NCBI GenBank assembly: GCA_040235515.1
Contig: JBECKX010000174.1
Location: 1 to 32,869, forward strand
DNA length: 32,869 nt
Source: Candidatus Zixiibacteriota bacterium
GTDB lineage: Bacteria > Zixibacteria > MSB-5A5 > CAIYYT01
Reading direction: 5' to 3'
Shown here piece by piece: positions 9,215-16,854 of this stretch (positions are counted from its first letter, which is position 1; every line of letters begins with the position of its first letter). The notes under the pieces are model-generated. The model did not search any database and had not been told where the DNA came from. It saw only the letters and a list, made by a program, of their open reading frames with translations. The position numbers and the translations under genes were made by a program.

Positions 9215-10240
9215 TCAGCAGCTCGACGGAGGGGGCGGTCCGCCACCAAAGATAAAGTTAATCAGATACACAGCATCGCCGATACTGATTGCGCCACTGC
9301 CGTCGGCATCACCGTTCGACAGCGGATTCGGCGGAGGTCCACCGCCAAAGATGTAGTTAATGATGAAGACAGCATCGCCGATCGACCAGGCGCCGCTGCC
9401 GTCGGCATCACCGCAAAGGCCGCAGCTCCAGGTTATCCGACCGTCGGTATAGAGAATCTTGGAAGAATCGTAGTTGCATTCGAAGACGGGCAGATAGGTT
9501 GTATCGAACCAGTTGATACACTGCGTGACGTAGGTTGTGTCCTCCCAGTTCACGCATTCACCCATTACCGAGTCGACGCAATTCTCAAACGTGGTGTCGA
9601 TTACGATGAATTCGGCACAGTTCGAGAAAAGAGTATCGTAGGAAAGCGGCAGACAGGTGTAACCGATCAGATTGTTATAGGGATCGGAGAATCTGGTTTC
9701 GATGTCGTTGATATAGATAGTTTCGTCGAGATCGAGACTGTCGATGCAGAGCGAGTCGCCGAGGTTGGGCTGAACTTCAAGAATCAGCTTGACCAGCGGC
9801 TTGACACCGGACTGCGGAGCGATTGGTGGAGTGGCGATGGGCGGAAAGCCATCGTCGTACGTTGCGGCGAGACTGAACAGTCCTCGATTCGCCCCATCGC
9901 GGATACGCGCGCTCACTGATTCGAAACCGCTCAGCAGGGTACCGGAAGTATCGAACTTCGGATACCAGGTCGTATCAACGACCGTATCGAGAGCGAATTT
10001 AACGAATTCCGGATCAGAGATATTGAACCAGAGCGTGACACCCGCAATTGAGTCTGAGAAGTTCTCTACCATAACATTCAAGACGAACTCTCCCGGCGAC
10101 GTTCCGATCGAGACAGAATCTATCTGGCAGACGATCTCCAACGCGTCGGGCGCGGACTCAGCCGGTTCCCCCGTGAAGACTATCGCGATCGGCAGCATAA
10201 AAATGACTGCGAACACGATGAAGCGCCAAACCTTGGCCAT
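9215..10240 (-). CDS. Secreted cohesin-like / Cys-rich / C-terminal dockerin protein, 341 aa
   Basis: AAGGAGG RBS and an N-terminal hydrophobic segment. Cohesin-like: VLNVMVENFSDSIAGVTLWF...PLVKLILEV. The C-terminus carries a duplicated GDADGSGxxSIGDAVxxINxIFGGGP flanked by Cys. Confidence 0.88.
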   Translation of the reverse strand: MAKVWRFIVFAVIFMLPIAIVFTGEPAESAPDALEIVCQIDSVSIGTSPGEFVLNVMVENFSDSIAGVTLWFNISDPEFVKFALDTVVDTTWYPKFDTSGTLLSGFESVSARIRDGANRGLFSLAATYDDGFPPIATPPIAPQSGVKPLVKLILEVQPNLGDSLCIDSLDLDETIYINDIETRFSDPYNNLIGYTCLPLSYDTLFSNCAEFIVIDTTFENCVDSVMGECVNWEDTTYVTQCINWFDTTYLPVFECNYDSSKILYTDGRITWSCGLCGDADGSGAWSIGDAVFIINYIFGGGPPPNPLSNGDADGSGAISIGDAVYLINFIFGGGPPPPSSC

Positions 10241-10386
10241 TAAGCAACCTCCTTGCCTGGTGAGAAGTGATAGCCGTTAATTCTCTAATCGGTAGCTATG
10301 TGGCCTCTTTACAGTCTCCGTCGCGCCACTAAGTGATAGTAGCAAGTATGATCTTTGTGTGATCTACTAACGCCGCAAATTAAACG

Positions 10387-10402
10387 TTCAACGATAGTGC
10401 CA
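10387..10402 (-). promoter_or_regulatory. sigma54-like promoter with variant -12
   Basis: The minus strand reads TGGCACTATCGTTGAA: a perfect -24 and correct spacing, but TTGA instead of TTGC. Confidence 0.45.
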
Positions 10403-10600
10403 CAGGAAGAGGACGTCGCAGAGTGACACCGTTGAGTTTTAGACGTTACTAAAAAAGAATTGGTAGTATGTGCAAATACTCGATTTAGTTCGCTGAGCAG
10501 GTCACAAGATTGCCGACCCGCAGATTAAAAAGTGCGCTAATTAAATCTTTAGTTGTGTCAGTTAAGTATTTGGTTAAGACCTTGTATTCACTTCGGCTTG

Positions 10601-10629
10601 AATATATCGGGAACCCGGCAGGTTGTCAA
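10601..10629 (-). promoter_or_regulatory. sigma70-type promoter facing the cohesin/dockerin cluster
   Basis: TTGACA-17nt-TATATT on the minus strand. Confidence 0.7.
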
Positions 10630-10845
10630 CACTATTTTCCCTAATAACGAGAACTTTTTTGGAACTCCTGCGTAGCTGAAATCTCCTATTTTCAAGGGTT
10701 TACGGCTACAACGCCAGCGACACCGCTTTCACTCGCCGGCAAAACAGCGGTTCGATGGGGTGAGAAACCGCAATTTCTGCGTCAAAAAGGAGGAGCCCGG
10801 AGCATCACATATATAGATGGATATGCATAAATTCAGGGGGGAAAT

Positions 10846-10935
10846 AAAAAAGGCCGAAGCTTGGATGCCAAATCTGAGAGGGGGGCAGGAAACTCAAATT
10901 TGGAACAACACCCTACTTCAGCCTCTGCTTATTCT
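10846..10935 (-). ncRNA. Candidate ~90-nt small RNA: a long hairpin with a C-rich loop and a U-tract
   Basis: Stems are 10851-10859/10916-10924 and 10868-10878/10893-10903. The loop is UUUCCUGCCCCCCU and there is a U6 tail. G-U pairs favour the minus strand, and a promoter-like TTGCAA..TTTAAT lies at 10971-10943. Confidence 0.55.
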
Positions 10936-11009
10936 AACACATATTAAACATAATCGTTCCACGATTTGCAAGAAAAATCTGCCTCAAGATATCGACATTC
11001 AATCCCCCT

Positions 11010-11036
11010 TAAGGCCAATCGCGATAGTTCCGATAA
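11010..11036 (+). promoter_or_regulatory. sigma28 (FliA)-like promoter upstream of the HDOD gene
   Basis: TAAG-15nt-TCCGATAA versus the consensus TAAA-N15-GCCGATAA. Confidence 0.5.
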
Positions 11037-11074
11037 ACTAAAGGAGATTAACCGATTATCATCGGACAAGTAAA

Positions 11075-11956
11075 ATGAGTGTAGTTAGAGAAGAGACAAC
11101 AGAACAGGACCTGCTGCAAAAAATATCGCAGTCGATTGGCGAGCTACCCCCTTCACCAGCCGTAGTGACCAAGGTGATGGGCCTGACGTCAGATCTTAAC
11201 TCCAATGTGGAGGATCTGGGGGAAGTCCTTGCTGCGGATGCCGCACTGACCGCCAAAGTGCTGCGCCTGTCTAATTCCTCGTTCTACGGCCGGTCGCGGA
11301 CAGTCAGTTCGCTTAAGGAGGCGATACTGATCCTGGGCTTTTTCACTCTCCGTTCTCTGGTGATGGCGTCGACGACGCATTCCCTTTACCGGAGCAAGGA
11401 GAATCCAGACGACGGGAAACAGTTGTGGGAGCATTCGCTGGCTTCCGCGCTGGGCGCCCGGTTGGTGGCCACCCGCATCGGTCACGCACAGGTGGAGGAG
11501 GTTTTCATAGCGGGGCTGCTGCACGACATCGGCAAATTGATCCTGCGGCAACGGCTCGGTACGCTTCTCGATGAGCTGGCGGACGAATCGAAGTCGCAGT
11601 CGCTGCCCTATCTGGAGCTGGAGCAGCGGCGGCTGGGTTTCACGCACGCCGACCTGGGTGCGGCGGTTCTCGACCGCTGGAGCTTGCCGCCCGACCTGGT
11701 CGAAGCGGTGCGGATGCATCACATCAACACGTTTGATGCAGAATGCGGAGAGGATGTGCCGATCTACGCCATCGTCAATTTCGGGAACGAGCTGGCGAAG
11801 ACAATTGGTGTCGGTTCGGGCGAACCGGAACAGATCGACCTGGCGCGCTTCCAACTGGCGGGGCTCTATGGATTCGGCGCCGACGAGTTGCGAAACATTG
11901 CGGCAGACCTGGAAGAGCATTTCGCCGAAGAAAAACGGCTTTACGAAGAAAACTAA
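11075..11956 (+). CDS. HDOD domain protein
   Basis: Hallmark HDOD motifs: LPPSP, D-ALTAKVLRLSNSSFYG, AILILG, WEHS, AGLLHDIGK, GFTHA, W-LP...HH. Confidence 0.93.
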   Translation: MSVVREETTEQDLLQKISQSIGELPPSPAVVTKVMGLTSDLNSNVEDLGEVLAADAALTAKVLRLSNSSFYGRSRTVSSLKEAILILGFFTLRSLVMASTTHSLYRSKENPDDGKQLWEHSLASALGARLVATRIGHAQVEEVFIAGLLHDIGKLILRQRLGTLLDELADESKSQSLPYLELEQRRLGFTHADLGAAVLDRWSLPPDLVEAVRMHHINTFDAECGEDVPIYAIVNFGNELAKTIGVGSGEPEQIDLARFQLAGLYGFGADELRNIAADLEEHFAEEKRLYEEN

Positions 11957-11992
11957 GCGAAAAGAACCAAGCGAAGAGAACCAAGCGAAAAG
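11944..11992 (+). repeat. Tandem repeat, about 3.5 copies of a 14-bp unit
   Basis: AACTAAGCGAAAAG / AACCAAGCGAAGAG / AACCAAGCGAAAAG at 11951-11992, plus a partial unit before it. The array overlaps the stop codon. Confidence 0.85.
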
Positions 11993-12060
11993 CACAGCCG
12001 GCGAGCCGAGAACCGCAGGCTGTCTGACAACCAGCTTGCAGAGCGAACACGAGGTGCCGA

Positions 12061-13575
12061 TTGCCACTGATTGGACGACATGAGACACTGAAGCGAATCA
12101 ACGCCTTTGAAGCGCTCCCCTCCGTACCGCAGATAATAGTACGGGTACGGGAGATATCGGAAGACCCGCAGTCCTCGGTCGCCGATCTGGCGAACATTAT
12201 CCTGTCGGATCATGCCCTGACGGCGCGCATACTGAAGATTGCCAATTCGGCCTTCTACGCTGAATTCGCCAACAAGGTTTCGACCGTTACGCAGGCGATT
12301 ACGCTGATGGGCTTTCGGACGGTACAGAATGTAATTATTTCGCTGGCGCTGTTCGACTCGATGCAGCACTCCGCACAGCATCACAAATTCGATTTCCGGC
12401 AATTCTGGACCAGGTCGCTCTCGACCGGGGTAATCGCCAAGATGCTGGCGAGCGCCGCGAAGTACAAGATTCCCGAGGAGGCGTTTATCGCCGGATTCAT
12501 GCACGACATCGGGATCGCTGTGCTGGCGATGATTTTTCCGGAAGAGTACGACGTCGTGCTGAAGCGGATCGAGCGTGGAGAGGAGTATCTTTCCGCGGAG
12601 AAGTCGATCTTTGGGATTGACCACACCGAGGTGGGGGGATGGTTGGCGCGGAAGTGGAATCTGCCGCCGCTGCTGCTTCGCCCGGTGACGGATCACCACC
12701 GACAGAGGATCCCTCCCCGCCAGAAGAGCAACAATCCGATCGTGGATATTGTCTACCTGTCGGAACTGACATACGATGCGATTTACTCACGGCGGGAGGA
12801 CGCCACCGAGGAGCTTGAACGTTCGTGTCGCGATCTGACCGGGATCGAGCCTGATGTGATCGCGAAGATCGTGGAGGCCGCGCCCGATCTGATCCGGGAA
12901 ATTGCCGGCGAACTGGATATTGCGTTGAAGGCGCCTGACGGACGCGAGCCGTCACCGGTGAAAGCCGCGCTCGATCGGGAGGCGATGGAGGTTGTGCAGC
13001 GGCTCAACGCGCGCAATCGTGAGATGGCGATTCTGCATGAGACGAGCGACGCAATCAGGCAGGCGACGAACGAGGATGAACTACTGCAGACGACGCTGGA
13101 AGAAGTGTTTCGGGGAATGGGCTTAGGCCGGGCTTTGTTACTGCAGATCGATGATGACGCCAAGGTTGCGCGCGGCATACTGGGGTTCGGTGTGAACTCA
13201 CAGCAGGCGGTCTATGAAATGGTCTTCCCTTTAGCCGATGGGGTAATCGGCCGCACCGCGACCGAGCGGGAGGTGCAGAATATCCTCGATGCCACTGCAG
13301 AGCTTTACAGCGATATGCTTACCAAGGAAGAGAAGGACCATATCGGCAGCTGCGCCTTTGCGACTCTGCCGATGGAAGTGGATGGTCGGGTGGAGTTCAT
13401 AATGGTGCTGAATAATCCTGACCCGAGCGATCCGATCGATGATGAGCGCCTGCGTTCAATCGCGAGTATTGTCTCGCAAGCTTCATTGGGAGTGGAGAAG
13501 GTCCGGCTCCGCAAACAGCTCGCCGAACTTCGTGGCGGCGAGGTGGACGGACTGGTCAACACGGCGATGAAATAG
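12061..13575 (+). CDS. HDOD domain protein with C-terminal GAF-like domain
   Basis: TTG start after GAGG. HDOD motifs: LPSVP, ALTARILKIANSAFY, AGFMHDIG, GIDHTEVG. A coiled coil and a GAF-like region follow (GVIGRTA, FATLPM). Confidence 0.88.
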   Translation: MPLIGRHETLKRINAFEALPSVPQIIVRVREISEDPQSSVADLANIILSDHALTARILKIANSAFYAEFANKVSTVTQAITLMGFRTVQNVIISLALFDSMQHSAQHHKFDFRQFWTRSLSTGVIAKMLASAAKYKIPEEAFIAGFMHDIGIAVLAMIFPEEYDVVLKRIERGEEYLSAEKSIFGIDHTEVGGWLARKWNLPPLLLRPVTDHHRQRIPPRQKSNNPIVDIVYLSELTYDAIYSRREDATEELERSCRDLTGIEPDVIAKIVEAAPDLIREIAGELDIALKAPDGREPSPVKAALDREAMEVVQRLNARNREMAILHETSDAIRQATNEDELLQTTLEEVFRGMGLGRALLLQIDDDAKVARGILGFGVNSQQAVYEMVFPLADGVIGRTATEREVQNILDATAELYSDMLTKEEKDHIGSCAFATLPMEVDGRVEFIMVLNNPDPSDPIDDERLRSIASIVSQASLGVEKVRLRKQLAELRGGEVDGLVNTAMK

Positions 13576-13616
13576 CGGGGCTGCGGCAAAGACTAAATTC
13601 CGATCCGGCCGAAATC

Positions 13617-14165
13617 ATGTTTAAGATCAGCTTCAAATCACCGCGATGCCCGAAGAATCTTGTCCCGCAGGGACGAGAGGCCATCCCCGGACTCCTGCCG
13701 CAAGAGCACGGTTTTACCCTGATTGAGATCGTAATTATTATCGTCGTGCTGGGTATTTTGGGCTCGGTGGCGATCGTACGCTACCGGGATATGTCGTGGG
13801 AGGCCAAGGAAGCCGCCTGCAAGGAATCACTCAAAGGACTGAGGGGCGCGATCAGTTTGTGGAACGTCAAGCAGATCGCCGTGACGGGCTCGGAGAATTT
13901 TCCTCCGATCGATAGTCTGCGCACGCAGGGGGTAGTGCTGGCATCCCCCGTTCCGCCGAACCCATATCAGTCTGCGGATAAGGCTCCCGATTCGATCGTT
14001 GTGGGTGTCACGCCCGGCGTGGTTGTCGGGGATCGAGGGGGTTGGGCCTACAAAGAATCTACCGGGGAGATCTGGGCGAACACCTCTTCGCTTGCCACAA
14101 GCAGTGGTGGCGGCGGATGTGATGGAGGCGGTGAGGAAGAATCTGTAGGGGAGAACGGCTGGTAG
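13617..14165 (+). CDS. Type IV pilin / pseudopilin-like protein (prepilin N-terminal cleavage/methylation motif)
   Basis: G|FTLIEIVIIIVVLGILGSVAI motif, followed by PPNPY and GGWAY...GEIWAN. Confidence 0.88.
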   Translation: MFKISFKSPRCPKNLVPQGREAIPGLLPQEHGFTLIEIVIIIVVLGILGSVAIVRYRDMSWEAKEAACKESLKGLRGAISLWNVKQIAVTGSENFPPIDSLRTQGVVLASPVPPNPYQSADKAPDSIVVGVTPGVVVGDRGGWAYKESTGEIWANTSSLATSSGGGGCDGGGEEESVGENGW

Positions 14166-14209
14166 CACGGGCTACTGCCGCCCGGGTTCAGACGAATCTG
14201 CAACTGACG

Positions 14210-14752
14210 TTAGCAACCGCCCGGAGCCGGCCCACCACCGAAGATGAAGTTGATGATATAGACGGCGTCGCCGATCGAGATGGAGCCGGAGCCGTCGGCA
14301 TCACCGAGGCACGCCGGACTGGGGCTTGGCCCTCCACCAAAGATGTAGTTGATGATGAACACGGCATCACCGATCGAGATGGCGCCGGAACCGTCAGCAT
14401 CACCACAATTGCACGATCCGGCGGCAGCGAAATTCTGCCAGAAGCCTTGTTCGAGATTGTAGCTGGCGGAGGATCCACCTCCGACGGCGGCCTGGCCGAC
14501 AGTGCCCTTGAGGCTATAGCTTGCAGATGATCCATCCGTAGCACCGTTTCCGATGACCTGCCATTTGATTTGCTCACCGGCCCGTTTCTCGGCTTTGTCG
14601 GGAGCGCCGGCATTCTGACTGCCTCCAGCTTTCTCGCTATTAGAAGATTCTTTAGCCGACTGGCCATCCTTCGCGCCGGCAGAAACCGCGCCACAAAGGA
14701 AGAGCGCGATAGCTAAGGTAAGAAACAGCCGCTTGGAAACAGAGATGTTCAT
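14210..14752 (-). CDS. Small secreted protein with C-terminal dockerin, about 180 aa
   Basis: ATG at 14752 follows GGAG. It has a signal peptide, a low-complexity linker, a short 'WQVI..G...YSL.GTVGQ...YNL.QGFW' module and a Cys-flanked dockerin repeat pair. Confidence 0.88.
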   Translation of the reverse strand: MNISVSKRLFLTLAIALFLCGAVSAGAKDGQSAKESSNSEKAGGSQNAGAPDKAEKRAGEQIKWQVIGNGATDGSSASYSLKGTVGQAAVGGGSSASYNLEQGFWQNFAAAGSCNCGDADGSGAISIGDAVFIINYIFGGGPSPSPACLGDADGSGSISIGDAVYIINFIFGGGPAPGGC

Positions 14753-14906
14753 TTGCCCGCTCCGTGGAAGGTAGATTAAGTTGACCCGTAATAGCCATTG
14801 TAGTAGCCGCAAGATAGGGACAATCGCCGTTTTCGCAAGCCAAATCTAATTATGGCTGCGGAACGGACTTCGGGCCGGGAGCCCCCCCAGGCTCTGTGCG
14901 GAGCGA

Positions 14907-15443
14907 TTATTTAGCGCGGGTATAGTGAATATGCCAGAGATCGACCCAGGTGTCGCCGCCGTCAGTTGATTTCTGCCAGTCCCAGTCGAAGGAATCGGAC
15001 TTGATGTTGGAGAATACCATGCGCTGCATGAAAGGCTCCTTGCCTTTCGGGTGGGCGGTGCGGCTGAGGATCATTTTGTCACCAACCATTCCGCCGGTAA
15101 AGTCGAGGTAGCCGCCACTGTTGTCGACCCAGGTTTGGTGCCACTGCTGCGTGTTGATGTTGTAAACGGAGTAGGATCGACCGACGAAGGGGACCGAATC
15201 AAGCGTGGCGAAGTGCTCGTGGATAACGCAGCCGTCCAGCTCCTTGGTGATATGGTTAGTGCCTTTGCCGGTATCATCCCAGGTGGCGTTCCACATGCCC
15301 ACCCAGAAATCGAACTGGGAGGCTTCGGGCGCGCTGCAGGGGGGAGGCTGTTGCGCGGTACCATCTGCGTTGAGTACCAGTGACAGGACTGAGACAAGGC
15401 CTGCTATGAGCAGTATCTGGGTTAAGATGTGGTTTGTAGACAT
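14907..15443 (-). CDS. Secreted beta-barrel protein, DUF1579-like
   Basis: AAGGAG RBS, signal peptide, and motifs C..PE..QFDFWVG.W, LDGCVI.E, W.QTWVDN.G, S.DGG.TW. Confidence 0.75.
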   Translation of the reverse strand: MSTNHILTQILLIAGLVSVLSLVLNADGTAQQPPPCSAPEASQFDFWVGMWNATWDDTGKGTNHITKELDGCVIHEHFATLDSVPFVGRSYSVYNINTQQWHQTWVDNSGGYLDFTGGMVGDKMILSRTAHPKGKEPFMQRMVFSNIKSDSFDWDWQKSTDGGDTWVDLWHIHYTRAK

Positions 15444-15586
15444 CACCGACTCCTTCAGCGGAACTGAGCATTTTTAATCTTCAGAGGGGAGTACGGCGCC
15501 AGCGGCGCATTCGTTCGGTCGCTTGACGAAGTATTGGTGTCGATTGGCGCTGCGGCCAGCCAGCAGGGTCGAGGCATCGTCCCCCG

Positions 15587-16303
15587 TTACTGCAGATAGG
15601 AATCGCGCGCCAGCAGCTCAAACTTATCCATGGCGGCGGTGGCGAGCAGATTCACCGCAGAGTCGGTCGACACGAACTCGTTGTTGATCATCAGGTCATA
15701 CCCGAGTGGATCGTCGATATCGTGACGCGTCAACTGCCGGACGAAATCGGCGCGCTCGCGGTCGAGCCTGTCCACGAGGGCATCCGCATCCTCCCGCAGG
15801 AGTTTGGCGCTGTCGGCGAGGGCTTCCACCCGGTGCTCCCGCGACGCCACAATCCGAGCATGGAATCCGCGGCTTTTGCCGATCAGGAAGTTGGATGCTC
15901 TGCCGACTACGACGACGCCGCCGAGGCGGGAAACGCTGTAGATCAACTGGAGCAGTTGCCTGATATAATCACTCTGATCGATTTGCATCCCGGTGAGGAT
16001 TGAATCGACCCAGATCTGCAGTTGCGACTTGGAGTGTTCATCGAGCGATTCGACGATCCGTTTCTTGTAGCCTGTTTCGGCGCAGATGCGGTCGACGATG
16101 TCGCGGTGAAGCAAAGTATAGTTGAAACGTTGAGCAAGCTTCTCGGCAACGGCGCTGCCACCGGTTCCATGCTGACGAGAGATCGTGATCAGCGGCTTGG
16201 GCATCTGACGCGCACCGGAGGAGCTACTGTGCGATTCTTCGAAAGACTTCTGCAGCTCCCAGCGGCGCACCTGTCTATCTATGATTTGCTCAATGGAAGT
16301 CAT
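15587..16303 (-). CDS. Cytidylate kinase-like family protein
   Basis: Motifs LITISRQHGTGG, VVVGRAS, D.ER..F and DP..YDLMIN. An AAGGAG RBS and an upstream TATAAT are present. Confidence 0.88.
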   Translation of the reverse strand: MTSIEQIIDRQVRRWELQKSFEESHSSSSGARQMPKPLITISRQHGTGGSAVAEKLAQRFNYTLLHRDIVDRICAETGYKKRIVESLDEHSKSQLQIWVDSILTGMQIDQSDYIRQLLQLIYSVSRLGGVVVVGRASNFLIGKSRGFHARIVASREHRVEALADSAKLLREDADALVDRLDRERADFVRQLTRHDIDDPLGYDLMINNEFVSTDSAVNLLATAAMDKFELLARDSYLQ

Positions 16304-16443
16304 TGAACTCGGACTCCTTAATCCCCTTTTTAATTATATACTAAACTCTCCAAAAAAAGAAGTGATTTTGTGTCGTGTGGTAGTCGTGTGGCTGTGCTGC
16401 GGAGTTCCAGCCGACCTGTCGAATGGAGCCGGAGAAAATAGAC

Positions 16444-16854
16444 TCAGAACTGCTTACGAAAATCGTCTTTGACTGCCGCCTCAGAGATCGATTCGAAGTA
16501 CGTGGTCTTGTCCGACGAGGGTTTCAATCGCAGTTCGTCGCGTCCGGAGATGCGGTAGAACAAGCCAATCGGGGTCAGGACCAGATAATAGATGATTCCG
16601 ATAACGACCGGTGAAACGATCCAGCCGAGGATGAAGGAGACCGCCATCCAGAGCAGATACACAGCTTTGCCGACCGGCATCAGGAGATAGCAGAGCGCCG
16701 CCAACGCCAGCCCGGCTCCGGTCACGATGGCTGCCTGCCTGAGCGTGGTACCGGCGAGTACGAACAAACCGAGCAACACTGCAACAATGGCCAGGGTCAC
16801 CGCGAAGTAGCGGATATCGCGTGGTTGTGGTTTCCAGTTAATCTTGCCGAGCAT
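16444..16854 (-). CDS. SxtJ family membrane protein
   Basis: WM.....LG...SPV..GIIYYLVLTPIGL..R..GRD.L...RKQF. Translationally coupled (TGATG) to the carbamoyltransferase. Confidence 0.85.
   Translation of the reverse strand: MLGKINWKPQPRDIRYFAVTLAIVAVLLGLFVLAGTTLRQAAIVTGAGLALAALCYLLMPVGKAVYLLWMAVSFILGWIVSPVVIGIIYYLVLTPIGLFYRISGRDELRLKPSSDKTTYFESISEAAVKDDFRKQF

Noticed and set aside
10836..10846. 10-nt complementarity (UAUUUCCCCC) to the RBS of the 819-aa gene
   Set aside because: It lies beyond the predicted U-tract end of the sRNA and is low complexity, so it is likely chance.
10817..11041. 74-aa plus-strand ORF
   Set aside because: It overlaps the hairpin RNA candidate and promoter elements and has no protein-like features.
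11944..11992. Repeat as CRISPR array
   Set aside because: The units are 14 bp, directly adjacent with no spacers, and there are no cas genes.
9215..14407. Near-identical dockerin segments as DGR template/variable repeats or a recent duplication
   Set aside because: Differences are mostly synonymous and not adenine-specific, both copies are coding, and there is no reverse transcriptase in the window.
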